NCBI GenBank assembly: GCA_964514975.1 | Contig: CAZESS010000017.1 | Span: forward strand, 1-53,407 | Source of the DNA: an uncultured Thermoplasmatales archaeon | Lineage (GTDB): Archaea > Thermoplasmatota > E2 > UBA202 > DSCA01 | Direction: 5' to 3' | DNA: 53,407 nucleotides | In this document: in pieces, positions 40,139 through 49,075 of the stretch | Layout: each line of letters begins with the position of its first letter | Position numbering within the stretch: position 1 is the first letter of the stretch | Made by a program: the position numbers and the translations under genes | The notes under the pieces: generated by a model | What the model saw: the letters and a program-made list of their open reading frames with translations, nothing else | The model's database searches: none | Told to the model about the DNA's origin: nothing

Positions 40139-40468
40139 TCACTCCCAGGCGGCACGCCCCCTCGAAAGCTCTCTCAAGAGTATGTTACGGACTTCGTCGA
40201 GAGCAAACACTTCCTGGGAGGCCACCTTTTTCCCATTGACATACGCAGAAGGAACCTTTCTTCTTTTGCCATCCGGGTCCCGCTGATACCCCCGGGTAGG
40301 GACTTTGGAGGGCGTCTCTCCCGCATAATAAACATCTAATCTGACAGCATCTGGATGTTCTTCAACCAGCGTTTTCATCAGTTCCACAAGCGCCCGGCAT
40401 TTACTGGTAGGAGGATATGCAACGAGTACCTCCAGCCGCAGCTTTTTATCCATAACGTCATTTTTCAT
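40139..40468 (-). CDS. thioredoxin-fold hypothetical protein (single Cys)
   Basis: YPPTSKC, KVPSAYVNG; GAGGTG SD. Confidence 0.7.
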   Translation of the reverse strand: MKNDVMDKKLRLEVLVAYPPTSKCRALVELMKTLVEEHPDAVRLDVYYAGETPSKVPTRGYQRDPDGKRRKVPSAYVNGKKVASQEVFALDEVRNILLRELSRGRAAWE

Positions 40469-41502
40469 GACGGGCCACCTCGACGGTTTGTAAGAGAGTG
40501 GTGATTGCATTCCGTATCTCCAAAGGCAGAGACGATTTCTCAGCTACCCGTATTGCTTCAGGCAGGGTCTGGTTATGGAGCTGCTCCACTACTAGTTGCA
40601 GTTTCTGCGGGTCGGGGGAGCAAAAAATCTCCTGTCACCGATACGGCTTCGAGAACCTCTCCCGTCAGATTAGCGGAGAGGGTCATAACCCCGCTAGGAA
40701 TTTTAGTGGACACTATCGTGGTGTAATGTCCCCGCCGCCGAAACGTCCACTCATCGAGGGCGTATTTTTCTTCGTACAGCCGCCGGGACTCCCGCTGCTC
40801 TCCCGGGGTAAGCTCGCCTGGTCTCACCGTAACGCCAAGTTCCCCGACAATGTTTTCCGCCAGGCATTCCATTACCTCTTCCACGTCAAGATGCCGTCCC
40901 GCCGCCTCACTCAGATTGATTACCCGGTCCCTGACACTGGTGAATCCTTTGTCCGCAAACTTCAAACGCGAAGGACGCAGGACGTGCTGCATCGTTTCAA
41001 CGTCAGCATCCACCAGAAAGGTGCCGCTATGAGCTATCCCGGAGTACCATTCCAGTTGAGCCGACCCATACACTTTGCGGCCATTGATGGTGACATCGTT
41101 CACCGGGGAAATATCGGCGCCAACACCGTAATGAGCACAGGTTTCTAGAACTGCCCGGCCAAATACCTGGAACAGATGTTCCAACGATGCAATACCCAGC
41201 CTGGCCAGGAACTCCTTTCGAAAAAAGGCGGAGTAGCAAAAGCTGCCACGGTCTTGATAGACGGCACCCCCAGGATTTGGCCGGCGAACGATGAGTATGT
41301 CGTGACGGCGACAGTAATCAACGTCAACCTCCTCGTCAGCATCCTGGGTGACGCCAATGAACACGGAGGGTTCCACCCGGCGTAACCGCAGCGTATACGG
41401 GCTGGCCTCCCTAGATACCTCCCGGAGTATGGCCTCCTCAACGGCGAAATGCAGAAAAGGATCGGCAATGCCGTCCCTGAGCAGCCTCCACTCATCCCTC
41501 AT
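40458..41502 (-). CDS. lplA: lipoate-protein ligase A family protein with a C-terminal frameshift
   Basis: VRRPNPGGAVYQD, NDVTINGRKVYGSAQ, HSGT; as written stops at 40573, but removing one base near 40614-40627 extends it to 40458. Confidence 0.85.
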
Positions 41503-42199
41503 AATAGGGACACCTCTCCTGCTTGCAGTCATCGACATCCCGGGAAAACAAACAGCGGATAGCATCTCTTTTCCATAACGACAAGCCCAGGGTAGCCTCC
41601 ATCATATGCATGGCGGCCTCCAGCGCCGCGTAGACGCTCTGTTTGCAGCATCGTGCACCACCCATGTCGGCCAGTCGTTGCAGCGCGGAGGACGTAGCGG
41701 TTAAGGTTAGAGCCCGTTCTCTATCAGACCGAAACGTGGCTTTTGATAGCAGCGATATGGCCACGCCTGCCGACACGCAGGCGCCACATGCGCCCAGGCT
41801 CCCGCAGGCGCCGTAGGGGATACCCTGTGTACGTTTCATAGCCCGCCGAACCATGGCCTGGTCAACCCGGGCCAGACCCCGGTTTTCTAGGGAGGCGAGC
41901 ACTGCCGGTGCCACCAGTTCATGATGCTCACATCCATGATCGTTGAAGGAGGGATGACGCATGACCAGATTCACGATTTCAACGGGGTCCGATGACCGGG
42001 TATGGCGGCATACACGCTCTATGATTTCTGATGGGCCGGCCAGGCGGCATTGTTCACACTGGTAATGACCATGGGGGCAGACCAGGTCGGCTTTTTCCGC
42101 TTTTTCGCAGAACGAACACGCTGCAACCCCCGTGTGTTCCTGCAGCCGCTCTCCGCAGACAGGGCACACAAAATCCCTTTGTAAGAGGTCATCACTCAT
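41492..42199 (-). CDS. DUF5714 domain Cys-rich protein
   Basis: three N-terminal Cys clusters, HGCEHH, CGSLGACGA, RCCK, CKQERCPY. Confidence 0.8.
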   Translation of the reverse strand: MSDDLLQRDFVCPVCGERLQEHTGVAACSFCEKAEKADLVCPHGHYQCEQCRLAGPSEIIERVCRHTRSSDPVEIVNLVMRHPSFNDHGCEHHELVAPAVLASLENRGLARVDQAMVRRAMKRTQGIPYGACGSLGACGACVSAGVAISLLSKATFRSDRERALTLTATSSALQRLADMGGARCCKQSVYAALEAAMHMMEATLGLSLWKRDAIRCLFSRDVDDCKQERCPYYEG

Positions 42200-42626
42200 G
42201 GTCCCGTTTTTCCCCGGTCAGTATTTCTTTGATAACGTCCTGGATTTCATTTTTTGCTTTTATGACGTCTTCCGATGCATACTCTGCCGTGGTGAAAGGC
42301 CCCTTTTTCCTGATTTGCAGGTCATGCTCAAGATTCACATATGCTTCATATTCTATACCCATATTTTCTGCTATCTTTCGAGCGCAGGCATTTTTGCACC
42401 CATCAACCACCATGACATGCGACACCTTTTTTGCCAATGTTATCTGTCTTTCGACAGCGTTGACCAGCGCGAGCAATGACAAAATGCCGGCATCCTCGCG
42501 CTCTTTTATTGTTTCTAATGCTGCCTGTGCCGTTACACCGCCCGTATTCGAAGCGTTGCTCCCGCAGACAAGCAACCCTATCTGTGGTACCATTTTTAAC
42601 CGTCCGCCGCCGGACAGATCCTCCAT
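42192..42626 (-). CDS. DGC-domain putative zinc-binding protein
   Basis: CGSNASNTG, VVDGCKNACARK. Confidence 0.8.
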   Translation of the reverse strand: MEDLSGGGRLKMVPQIGLLVCGSNASNTGGVTAQAALETIKEREDAGILSLLALVNAVERQITLAKKVSHVMVVDGCKNACARKIAENMGIEYEAYVNLEHDLQIRKKGPFTTAEYASEDVIKAKNEIQDVIKEILTGEKRDHE

Positions 42627-42700
42627 CTCATCAACCTCTCCTGCATGTTTTTGACCGGCATGGAAAGGCACCCCGTACGCATTTCAACATATGGTCAGCG

Positions 42701-43438
42701 TCACTCTGTGTCTTCTCCCTTCTTCGCATATATGTTATAGATTCCCTTGGTTCGCACCTTGTCAATCGTTCCCTTTTCGTTCATCGCTTGTATCGCCTCC
42801 ACTATGCTGCTCCATTTTTCGTAGGGAACGCCGATCATTGCCTCATCTTCCTTCAAGTCGGAGGCTTCTCTGCACCCGTAGCACCCGAAAGAGGCATTTG
42901 TGGCACCCGTTGAATAGACGTATGAGGTCACGTCGATACAGCATGCCTGGATGACCGATGTCGAGAGAGTATGTCTTCCCCCCTCCCGGTGGATGTCGGC
43001 CAGCAGCAGCCACATTATTACCTCCGGTGTATCCTCGACGACCACCACATGTGGCTCAAAATCTGCTTTTTCCAGCGGAGACGCCACCACTGCCTGAAGC
43101 GCCTCTTCCAGATGGGGGATAGCTGCCATGGTATGCTGGCCTGCCTCGTTGCTGCCGAAAATGCCAAAAGAGGACAGCATCTTTCCGGAGGAAATCTTCT
43201 CCGGAAGCGGAGCGAAGCCGAAGGCCGTTCGGGCCGCAGGGCAGGCAGTGTTGTCGGCAGTGAGCACGACACGGTTGCCGTGTTTCGCCTCCATCAGCAT
43301 CTGGCAGGCCCGCATCGGCCGCACATCATACTCCCGTGCCCACATGGGCATCTCTTGGGCATCCTTGATGAACCGCGCACCCACCGGGCTGTAGCGCATA
43401 TCCAGGATGCCTTTCAACTCCTCTACGGTTCCGTTCAT
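42701..43438 (-). CDS. DUF169 domain protein
   Basis: SPVG, CQML..A, CPAA..FG, QACC, SFGCYGCR. Confidence 0.88.
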   Translation of the reverse strand: MNGTVEELKGILDMRYSPVGARFIKDAQEMPMWAREYDVRPMRACQMLMEAKHGNRVVLTADNTACPAARTAFGFAPLPEKISSGKMLSSFGIFGSNEAGQHTMAAIPHLEEALQAVVASPLEKADFEPHVVVVEDTPEVIMWLLLADIHREGGRHTLSTSVIQACCIDVTSYVYSTGATNASFGCYGCREASDLKEDEAMIGVPYEKWSSIVEAIQAMNEKGTIDKVRTKGIYNIYAKKGEDTE

Positions 43439-43674
43439 GTGTCTTTGAGAAGCTCCCGTATTTCCTCATTGCTGGCCACGTGCCCCGATACTTTCATCTC
43501 GCCGTCGATGGCCAAAGCCGGCGTCATCATGACGCCCCGGTCCATGATTTCCTCAACGCTTTCCACCTTCACCACCTCGATATCCCCTCTGCCCAGTTCT
43601 TCGATTACTTCTTCCACTCTTTTTTCCAGCAGTTTGCATTTCGTGCAACCCGTTCCCAATATTTCTACCTTCAT
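43435..43674 (-). CDS. small redox-active disulfide protein (MTH895-like thioredoxin)
   Basis: ILGTGCTKC, GVMMTPALAIDG. Confidence 0.92.
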   Translation of the reverse strand: MKVEILGTGCTKCKLLEKRVEEVIEELGRGDIEVVKVESVEEIMDRGVMMTPALAIDGEMKVSGHVASNEEIRELLKDT

Positions 43675-43690
43675 TTTTTCCTCCTTGTGT

Positions 43691-44059
43691 TTAGCTATCT
43701 TTTTGCATTTCATCAACCATTCGCTTTACCTCGGCTATGATGTCCTCCACTTTTTCTTCGCTGTTTAGATTCTTGTTCTTTTTTATGCCATATCGTTCGG
43801 TGATGACTATTTCTTTGTCGACCGGTATGTCTGCGCTTTCCAGTGCTTTGCTCGCGCATTTGACCGGGCAGCCGTTGAGTGCGATGTAGCCGTCGCTGCT
43901 CTTTCCCTGCTGTATGATTCCCTCGATGCCCAGGGGGAGTCCCAGGGCGCAGACGAAATCGGTGTTCTCTCGTTCATCAAGCGTTTGTATGACTGCTCTT
44001 GTAGACAGCATTCCCACGTTGCAGGCCCCCGAGCAGGGCAGTATCCCTATCTTTTTCAT
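43691..44059 (-). CDS. DGC-domain putative zinc-binding protein
   Basis: PCSGACNVG, VCAL, NGCPVKCA. Confidence 0.85.
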   Translation of the reverse strand: MKKIGILPCSGACNVGMLSTRAVIQTLDERENTDFVCALGLPLGIEGIIQQGKSSDGYIALNGCPVKCASKALESADIPVDKEIVITERYGIKKNKNLNSEEKVEDIIAEVKRMVDEMQKDS

Positions 44060-44061
44060 AT

Positions 44062-44277
44062 TTACTCATCTCCTGTTTTCAATCGCTCCGATGCAAAGCC
44101 GTACATTTTCTCGTCGCCCGCTGCACTAATATCTCTGGCAAACATAACTACTTCCCTGATGTCATCCATCGGCACCCCTACCTCTTGTGCTTTCGTGAAA
44201 TGGTGCCGGAAACACGGGCGGCAGTGCCCAGCCACCGAGGCGGCTATGCCAGCTAGTTCTTTGGTTTTTTCATCCAT
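44062..44277 (-). CDS. carboxymuconolactone decarboxylase/AhpD-like protein
   Basis: KTKELAGIAASVAGHCRPCFRHH. Confidence 0.85.
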   Translation of the reverse strand: MDEKTKELAGIAASVAGHCRPCFRHHFTKAQEVGVPMDDIREVVMFARDISAAGDEKMYGFASERLKTGDE

Positions 44278-44659
44278 GTTTTACCTCCTGTATCTTTTTC
44301 AACTGTGTGAGTATCTCTCTGCCATACGGCGTGAGCGAGTAGATGAGATAATTGCCGAGATGCTCCGCCTCTGTCAGCCCGGCATCTTTGAGCTTTGTGA
44401 TGTGATAGGAGCACTTCGAGTAGGCGCAGCCGGTCAGCTCCGCCAGCATGCAGACGCACATCCGCTGCCGGGCGAGCGCCAGGAGCATCATCAGCCGTTT
44501 TTCGTCTCCCAGCACCTTTGCCAGGGTGGCCATCGCGGCCGTGTCATGTCCGGCCAGCTCCCGGCATATCTCCTCGAAGCCGCCCTGCTCTTCCACCTCT
44601 CGTTCGATTATGTCGGGGATATCTACATCTATGTTTTCCAGCGAACAACATTGTTTCAT
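44270..44659 (-). CDS. arsR: ArsR/SmtB family transcriptional repressor
   Basis: KVLGDEKRL, MCVCML, SYHITKLKDAGL, N-terminal CC. Confidence 0.88.
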   Translation of the reverse strand: MKQCCSLENIDVDIPDIIEREVEEQGGFEEICRELAGHDTAAMATLAKVLGDEKRLMMLLALARQRMCVCMLAELTGCAYSKCSYHITKLKDAGLTEAEHLGNYLIYSLTPYGREILTQLKKIQEVKHG

Positions 44660-45738
44660 GCTATTCCTCCATACAGGAATCCAACGATGGTTGATATAAG
44701 CACCACCAGGAGGATGTACACGCTTGCTTTTTTGAGGCCCATCACCCGGACGATGACCACCATGTTGGGCAGGCTCAGCGAGGGGCCCGCCAGGAGCAAT
44801 GCCAGCGCCGGCCCGGCGCCCATGATGCCTGAGCCGAAGCCGAACAGGTCGTTGACGATGGGGACCTCCAGCAGCGTCGGCATGTACAGCACGGCGCCGA
44901 TGATGGAGGCGGTGAAGCAGGAGGTGAGGCTGTTGCCGCCGATGTAGTCCTTGACCAGCACGCCGACCGCCTCCCCCGGCGGTGCATCGACGAACTGGGC
45001 GGCGACGCCGCCGATGATGCCGACCAGGAAGACGCCGGCCAGCAATACGGGAGCTATGCGCTTGGTCAGGAACCAGGTCTGGTTGCCCCATTCTTTCACC
45101 TCTGCCCGGCTGTAGTAGAATATGAGCAGGACGGCGATGAGGATGGTGAGCGCGTATACGATGGGGAACTTGGTCATCCAGGAGATGCCGGTGGTGGCGA
45201 CGACCAGGATGGCGACCAGGGCGATGAACACGGCGAGGGAGGCCCATCTTTTTTCGTTGTCATCGCTTTCCTGGTACTGGAAGTCCGGGTTGGATTGTGT
45301 ATCCCGGTCGTGCTGTCGGAACACGGTTGCCATGACGAGGCCGATGACGATGGCCATGGTCACCGCTGCGGCGGCGCGCGCGATGCCCATCTGCCATCCG
45401 AGTATCCGGGCGGTGAGCACGATGGCGAGGACGTTGACCGCCGGGCCCGAGTAGAGAAATGCGGTGGCGGGCCCGATGCCTGCCCCTCGTTTGTAGATGC
45501 CTGCGAACAAAGGAAGGACGGTGCAGCTGCAGACCGCCAGAATGGCGCCTGAGACGGAAGCGACGGAGTAGGAGACGTATTTTTTGGCCTGCGCTCCGAA
45601 GTATCGGAGGATGCTCTGCTTGGAGACGAAGGCGGCGATGGCCCCGGCGATGAAAAAGGCGGGGATGAGGCAGGTGAGCACGTGCTCGGATAGATAGTTT
45701 GCCAGCATGTCGATGCCGGCTTGGACGATTTCTATCAT
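44656..45738 (-). CDS. DUF318/ArsP-family permease
   Basis: HVLTCLIPAFFIAGAI, AVCSCTVLPLF, FLYSGPA, GPALALLLAGPSLSLPNM. Confidence 0.92.
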   Translation of the reverse strand: MIEIVQAGIDMLANYLSEHVLTCLIPAFFIAGAIAAFVSKQSILRYFGAQAKKYVSYSVASVSGAILAVCSCTVLPLFAGIYKRGAGIGPATAFLYSGPAVNVLAIVLTARILGWQMGIARAAAAVTMAIVIGLVMATVFRQHDRDTQSNPDFQYQESDDNEKRWASLAVFIALVAILVVATTGISWMTKFPIVYALTILIAVLLIFYYSRAEVKEWGNQTWFLTKRIAPVLLAGVFLVGIIGGVAAQFVDAPPGEAVGVLVKDYIGGNSLTSCFTASIIGAVLYMPTLLEVPIVNDLFGFGSGIMGAGPALALLLAGPSLSLPNMVVIVRVMGLKKASVYILLVVLISTIVGFLYGGIA

Positions 45739-45748
45739 GGCATCACTG

Positions 45749-45817
45749 TTTCAATATATTTTGAAATGGTATATCGGGCAGATATAAAAATGTTTCCATT
45801 TCAACTTATTTTGAAAT
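45749..45817 (-). promoter_or_regulatory. twin palindromic operators flanking the operon TATA box
   Basis: TTTCAA-N6-TTGAAA at 45749-45766 and 45799-45816 (50 bp apart); minus-strand TTTTTATAT at 45782-45790. Confidence 0.8.
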
Positions 45818-45884
45818 AAAAATGATATCTTCGTATCTGGTGGCCGTCAGCCATCCTGGAGAACCGGCGTCCACACTTGCGTTG

Positions 45885-46763
45885 CTACAGCCCCAGCAAC
45901 GTCGATATCTTCTCCAGCACCTCGTCATCAACGGACAGCTTCCAGTCATCTTCAAGCATCTCGCGCAGTAATTGCTTTCCATCTTCTGTATGCGGAAGCA
46001 TACCGATAAACCGGCGGTAGATATCCGGCGTCACCTGGTACATGTGCACGAGACCTTCAATCGAGATGTCGATGTCCGCTATGTCACGCGGCGTCGCCAT
46101 GCATTTTTGCGGCATCAGCGGGCAGGTAATCGTATCCCGCTGGATAGAAAACTCGAAAAATTTCTGGCACATCGGACAGAAATACCGTCCCATCGGGCTG
46201 TCGCCCAGGATGGCTACGTCATCAAATCGTATACGTCGGGGTATCCCGAGATGTTCAGCCAGGCGTGGCACCGCATGCTCCAGGATTCTGAACAGCACAT
46301 CCCGGTCCCAGACCTTATCCACGTCCATGACCACGAAGAGGACCTCGTTGGCACCGACGCGCTGTGCGGTTTCGCATCCGCTGGCTACGATAATGAAGCT
46401 CTTCAGCGTCTGCAGGGGCTGCTGCCGGTATCTGGCATGCCAGCCCTCGAGAAATTCCAGGTAGCTGTCGGCCCATCCCTCGGCGATTTCTTCCACGTCG
46501 TCCGGCATCAGTCTCGCGGCCAGCCGCTGCGGTATCTTCGGGTAGAACAGCCCGAATCGTTCCAGCCCCTCTGTGGACTCCGGCTGCAGGTTTTCAACGG
46601 CGATGGGCGTGTTAAGGCACATATTCGGCATGTACGGGCATCGCGTCTCGTCGAGCTCGAACAGCTTTTTACAGGTCACACACCAGTATCGTCCCGAGGG
46701 CGACGGCTCCCCGGATGGCAGCGCTTTTACCTTCTCCATGACCTTTTCTTTGCTGCCGAACAT
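45885..46763 (-). CDS. hypothetical protein with two repeated Cys4 modules
   Basis: GRYWCVTCKKLFE..CPYMPNMC and GRYFCPMCQKFFE..CPLMPQKC. Confidence 0.8.
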   Translation of the reverse strand: MFGSKEKVMEKVKALPSGEPSPSGRYWCVTCKKLFELDETRCPYMPNMCLNTPIAVENLQPESTEGLERFGLFYPKIPQRLAARLMPDDVEEIAEGWADSYLEFLEGWHARYRQQPLQTLKSFIIVASGCETAQRVGANEVLFVVMDVDKVWDRDVLFRILEHAVPRLAEHLGIPRRIRFDDVAILGDSPMGRYFCPMCQKFFEFSIQRDTITCPLMPQKCMATPRDIADIDISIEGLVHMYQVTPDIYRRFIGMLPHTEDGKQLLREMLEDDWKLSVDDEVLEKISTLLGL

Positions 46764-46765
46764 CG

Positions 46766-46963
46766 TTAGTCCTCTCCTGCGAACCGTTTCGATGCAGGCA
46801 TCCCTCCGATGCCCCAGTGCGTCTTCGGTACCTCGGTGACCACGACCTCGACGGCTTCACGGGGAATGCCCCGACGTTCAAACATCGCCGTTGCCTCCTC
46901 GATGACCTGCCGTGCGTTGTCCGCTCCAAATCCTTTCCATACTTTTATCTCGACGATTGGCAT
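46766..46963 (-). CDS. 4-oxalocrotonate tautomerase family protein
   Basis: catalytic Pro after Met (MPIVEI), EVPKTHWGIGG. Confidence 0.9.
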   Translation of the reverse strand: MPIVEIKVWKGFGADNARQVIEEATAMFERRGIPREAVEVVVTEVPKTHWGIGGMPASKRFAGED

Positions 46964-47025
46964 GCATATACCTCCTCCCGAGTATATCCTCCGCCGTATT
47001 ATAAACCATCCGACTTGCCGGGTGG

Positions 47026-47496
47026 TTACTGCTCTGTTATCGGCACCAGGATACGAGCGGAAAGAATCGTCTTGCCCTTCTTTATCTTCGGCCTGCTCCG
47101 ATATATCTCCATCGACGGCCCCGCCGCCTCGCATCCGTGTTCCGCCGTCCATGTCATGATGTCCCGGTAGGCATCGCCGATTGTCGTGGAAGGACCCTTG
47201 AACGTGAGCTCGGCGACCTGCATCGCCGGTAGCTCCTTAACCTTCACGCCGCCATCCGACGAGGCATCGCCATGGATGGGAATGGCGACCTCGCTGCGGC
47301 ATGCCTCCGGCTGCACGTCCTCGGGATTGTCATGGTAGATGCCGATGGCGCTGAAACCGGGGCGCACCTTGTGCTCCTCCGCCCACTCGTAGAGCCGTTC
47401 CATGTACTCCTCCCAGGGAACCTCGTTGTAGGAGCCGATATGCTCAATGTACGCTACCGTCATGGGTTTCGTAGTCTTTACCTTGATTTTTGCCAT
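47026..47496 (-). CDS. GyrI-like small-molecule-binding protein
   Basis: VAYIEHIGSY, GIYHDNP, FKGP, GPSMEIY. Confidence 0.88.
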   Translation of the reverse strand: MAKIKVKTTKPMTVAYIEHIGSYNEVPWEEYMERLYEWAEEHKVRPGFSAIGIYHDNPEDVQPEACRSEVAIPIHGDASSDGGVKVKELPAMQVAELTFKGPSTTIGDAYRDIMTWTAEHGCEAAGPSMEIYRSRPKIKKGKTILSARILVPITEQ

Positions 47497-47627
47497 ATTG
47501 CAACCTCCACAATGTAATCCGGGATGACCACATAAACTTTCCTGCCCCTCATCCATGTGACAGCCCCGCCCTCGCTCCCGGCAGGCATCCAAACAATTTA
47601 TATAACCCAATGCTTTTCAGGGTTAAA

Positions 47628-48209
47628 ATGGCCAAAGGACTCTCTCACTATTTACGAGACGCATGGAAACAGCCCGAGACCGGCCACCAATCGCCGCAGT
47701 GGAACCGTCTCATCCAGTGGCGCAAACAGGACAGCGTCGTCCGCGTCGACCATCCAACGAGGCCGGACAGGGCACGCAGTCTCGGCTACAAGGCAAAACA
47801 GGGATACATCATAGCCCGCTCCAGAGTCCGCAAGGGCAGCCGGAGAAAAGAACGACCTCGCGCGGGGCGACGACCCGCCCGTATGGGCGTCAAAAAAATC
47901 ACCGGGGCGAAATCGATACAGCGGATGGCCGAGGAACGCGCAGCGAAGCATCATCCCAACATGGAGGTGCTCAATTCATACAAGGTCGGCGCCGACGGAC
48001 GACACCATTATTACGAGGTCATCCTCGTCGACCCAAGCCATCCCGCCATCGTCAACGACGACGCCATCAACTGGATAACCCGGGAGCACAGCCGCGTGCA
48101 CAAGGGCAAAACCTCGGCGGGCAAAAAAGGACGCGGCCTCCGCACCAAGGGCAAAGGCGCCGAGCATATACGCCCCAGCGTCAACGCCAACGACGGCAGA
48201 GGCAAATAG
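47628..48209 (+). CDS. rpl15e: 50S ribosomal protein L15e
   Basis: RPDRARSLGYKAKQG, EVLNSYKV, YYEVILVDP, TSAGKKGRGL. Confidence 0.97.
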   Translation: MAKGLSHYLRDAWKQPETGHQSPQWNRLIQWRKQDSVVRVDHPTRPDRARSLGYKAKQGYIIARSRVRKGSRRKERPRAGRRPARMGVKKITGAKSIQRMAEERAAKHHPNMEVLNSYKVGADGRHHYYEVILVDPSHPAIVNDDAINWITREHSRVHKGKTSAGKKGRGLRTKGKGAEHIRPSVNANDGRGK

Positions 48210-48212
48210 GAC

Positions 48213-48647
48213 ATGGAGCCCCCGTTCCACTACGTCTGCATCACCGCTTTTTGTTACGGCACCGAGCGCCAGGACATGGTCCGCAGAGCGCTCTCATACA
48301 TCGCATACGGCGATCCCGACGGCGATGACGTTGACATGGACACCATCGAGGGACAGTTCGGCGACACCATTACCATCATGCACGTCAGGATGGAACGCTC
48401 CTGCGACATCCGGATGCTCAGCAGGAGGGTGCTCCCCCTGCTGTCGGCTGACGACGTCGAGGAACGGGTCGACAACAAATGGTTTTTACATCTCCGGTTC
48501 GACAAGGAGGCAGCCCTCGATGGCGACCTCGTCCTGTCAGCGGGCACGAACGTTGTCACCCTGAAAGGCAAGGTCCAGGTGTACCCGGCCAGCCGAGAGC
48601 GAGCCATCGCCCGCCTCAAGGACTACGTCGAGTCCAATAACCATTAA
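48213..48647 (+). CDS. archaeal RNA-binding protein (COG1325-like)
   Basis: YGTE..V..AL, EGQFG..I, LHLRFDKEAA. Confidence 0.75.
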   Translation: MEPPFHYVCITAFCYGTERQDMVRRALSYIAYGDPDGDDVDMDTIEGQFGDTITIMHVRMERSCDIRMLSRRVLPLLSADDVEERVDNKWFLHLRFDKEAALDGDLVLSAGTNVVTLKGKVQVYPASRERAIARLKDYVESNNH

Positions 48648-48667
48648 TACCGGAAACGCATATTACG

Positions 48668-49075
48668 ATGATGGCACAGACCGTTGTGACCTGTCCCAAC
48701 TGCGAGACCTCCTTCCCGGTAGACATCAACGCCACCCGCGGAAAATGTCCATCCTGCAACATCGCGCTCATCTTCGAGGACGTCTCCGCCACAAAGTCAC
48801 CGGAGACCCCTCGGCAGGAGCCTGAACCAGCGCCAAAGCAGCAGGAGAGCATGCAGGAGACAGCGCCGGAACAGCCTGACAGGCCATCCCCTGAAACGGT
48901 GACGGAAACAGTCGACATCGACCGTGTCGAGGCAGCCGTTGACGCCATCGTCGACCGGAGCACCAGGGGCAGACAGGCCCGCGCCGCAGACCTCGCAGCC
49001 GTGGAATCCATCGAGCCGGAACGGGACTACTCCGACATCGAAAACAAAGTCGAAAAACTGCTGGCTAAAGGGTAA
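48668..49075 (+). CDS. zinc-ribbon hypothetical protein
   Basis: CPNC..CPSC, Pro/Glu-rich linker. Confidence 0.75.
   Translation: MMAQTVVTCPNCETSFPVDINATRGKCPSCNIALIFEDVSATKSPETPRQEPEPAPKQQESMQETAPEQPDRPSPETVTETVDIDRVEAAVDAIVDRSTRGRQARAADLAAVESIEPERDYSDIENKVEKLLAKG

Noticed and set aside
39377-40339. 320-aa + strand ORF
   Set aside because: Mostly antisense to DUF2703 and the Trx-like gene; only a short hydrophobic stretch looks protein-like.
43674-43685. Thioredoxin RBS (AGGAGGAAAAAA) as target of the 5847-5900 hairpin loop
   Set aside because: The 12-nt match is low-complexity generic SD plus A-run; not specific enough.
36030-45738. Selenocysteine (TGA) readthrough in the redox operon
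   Set aside because: All CxxC-type motifs use Cys codons; TGA stops fall at natural gene ends or overlaps.
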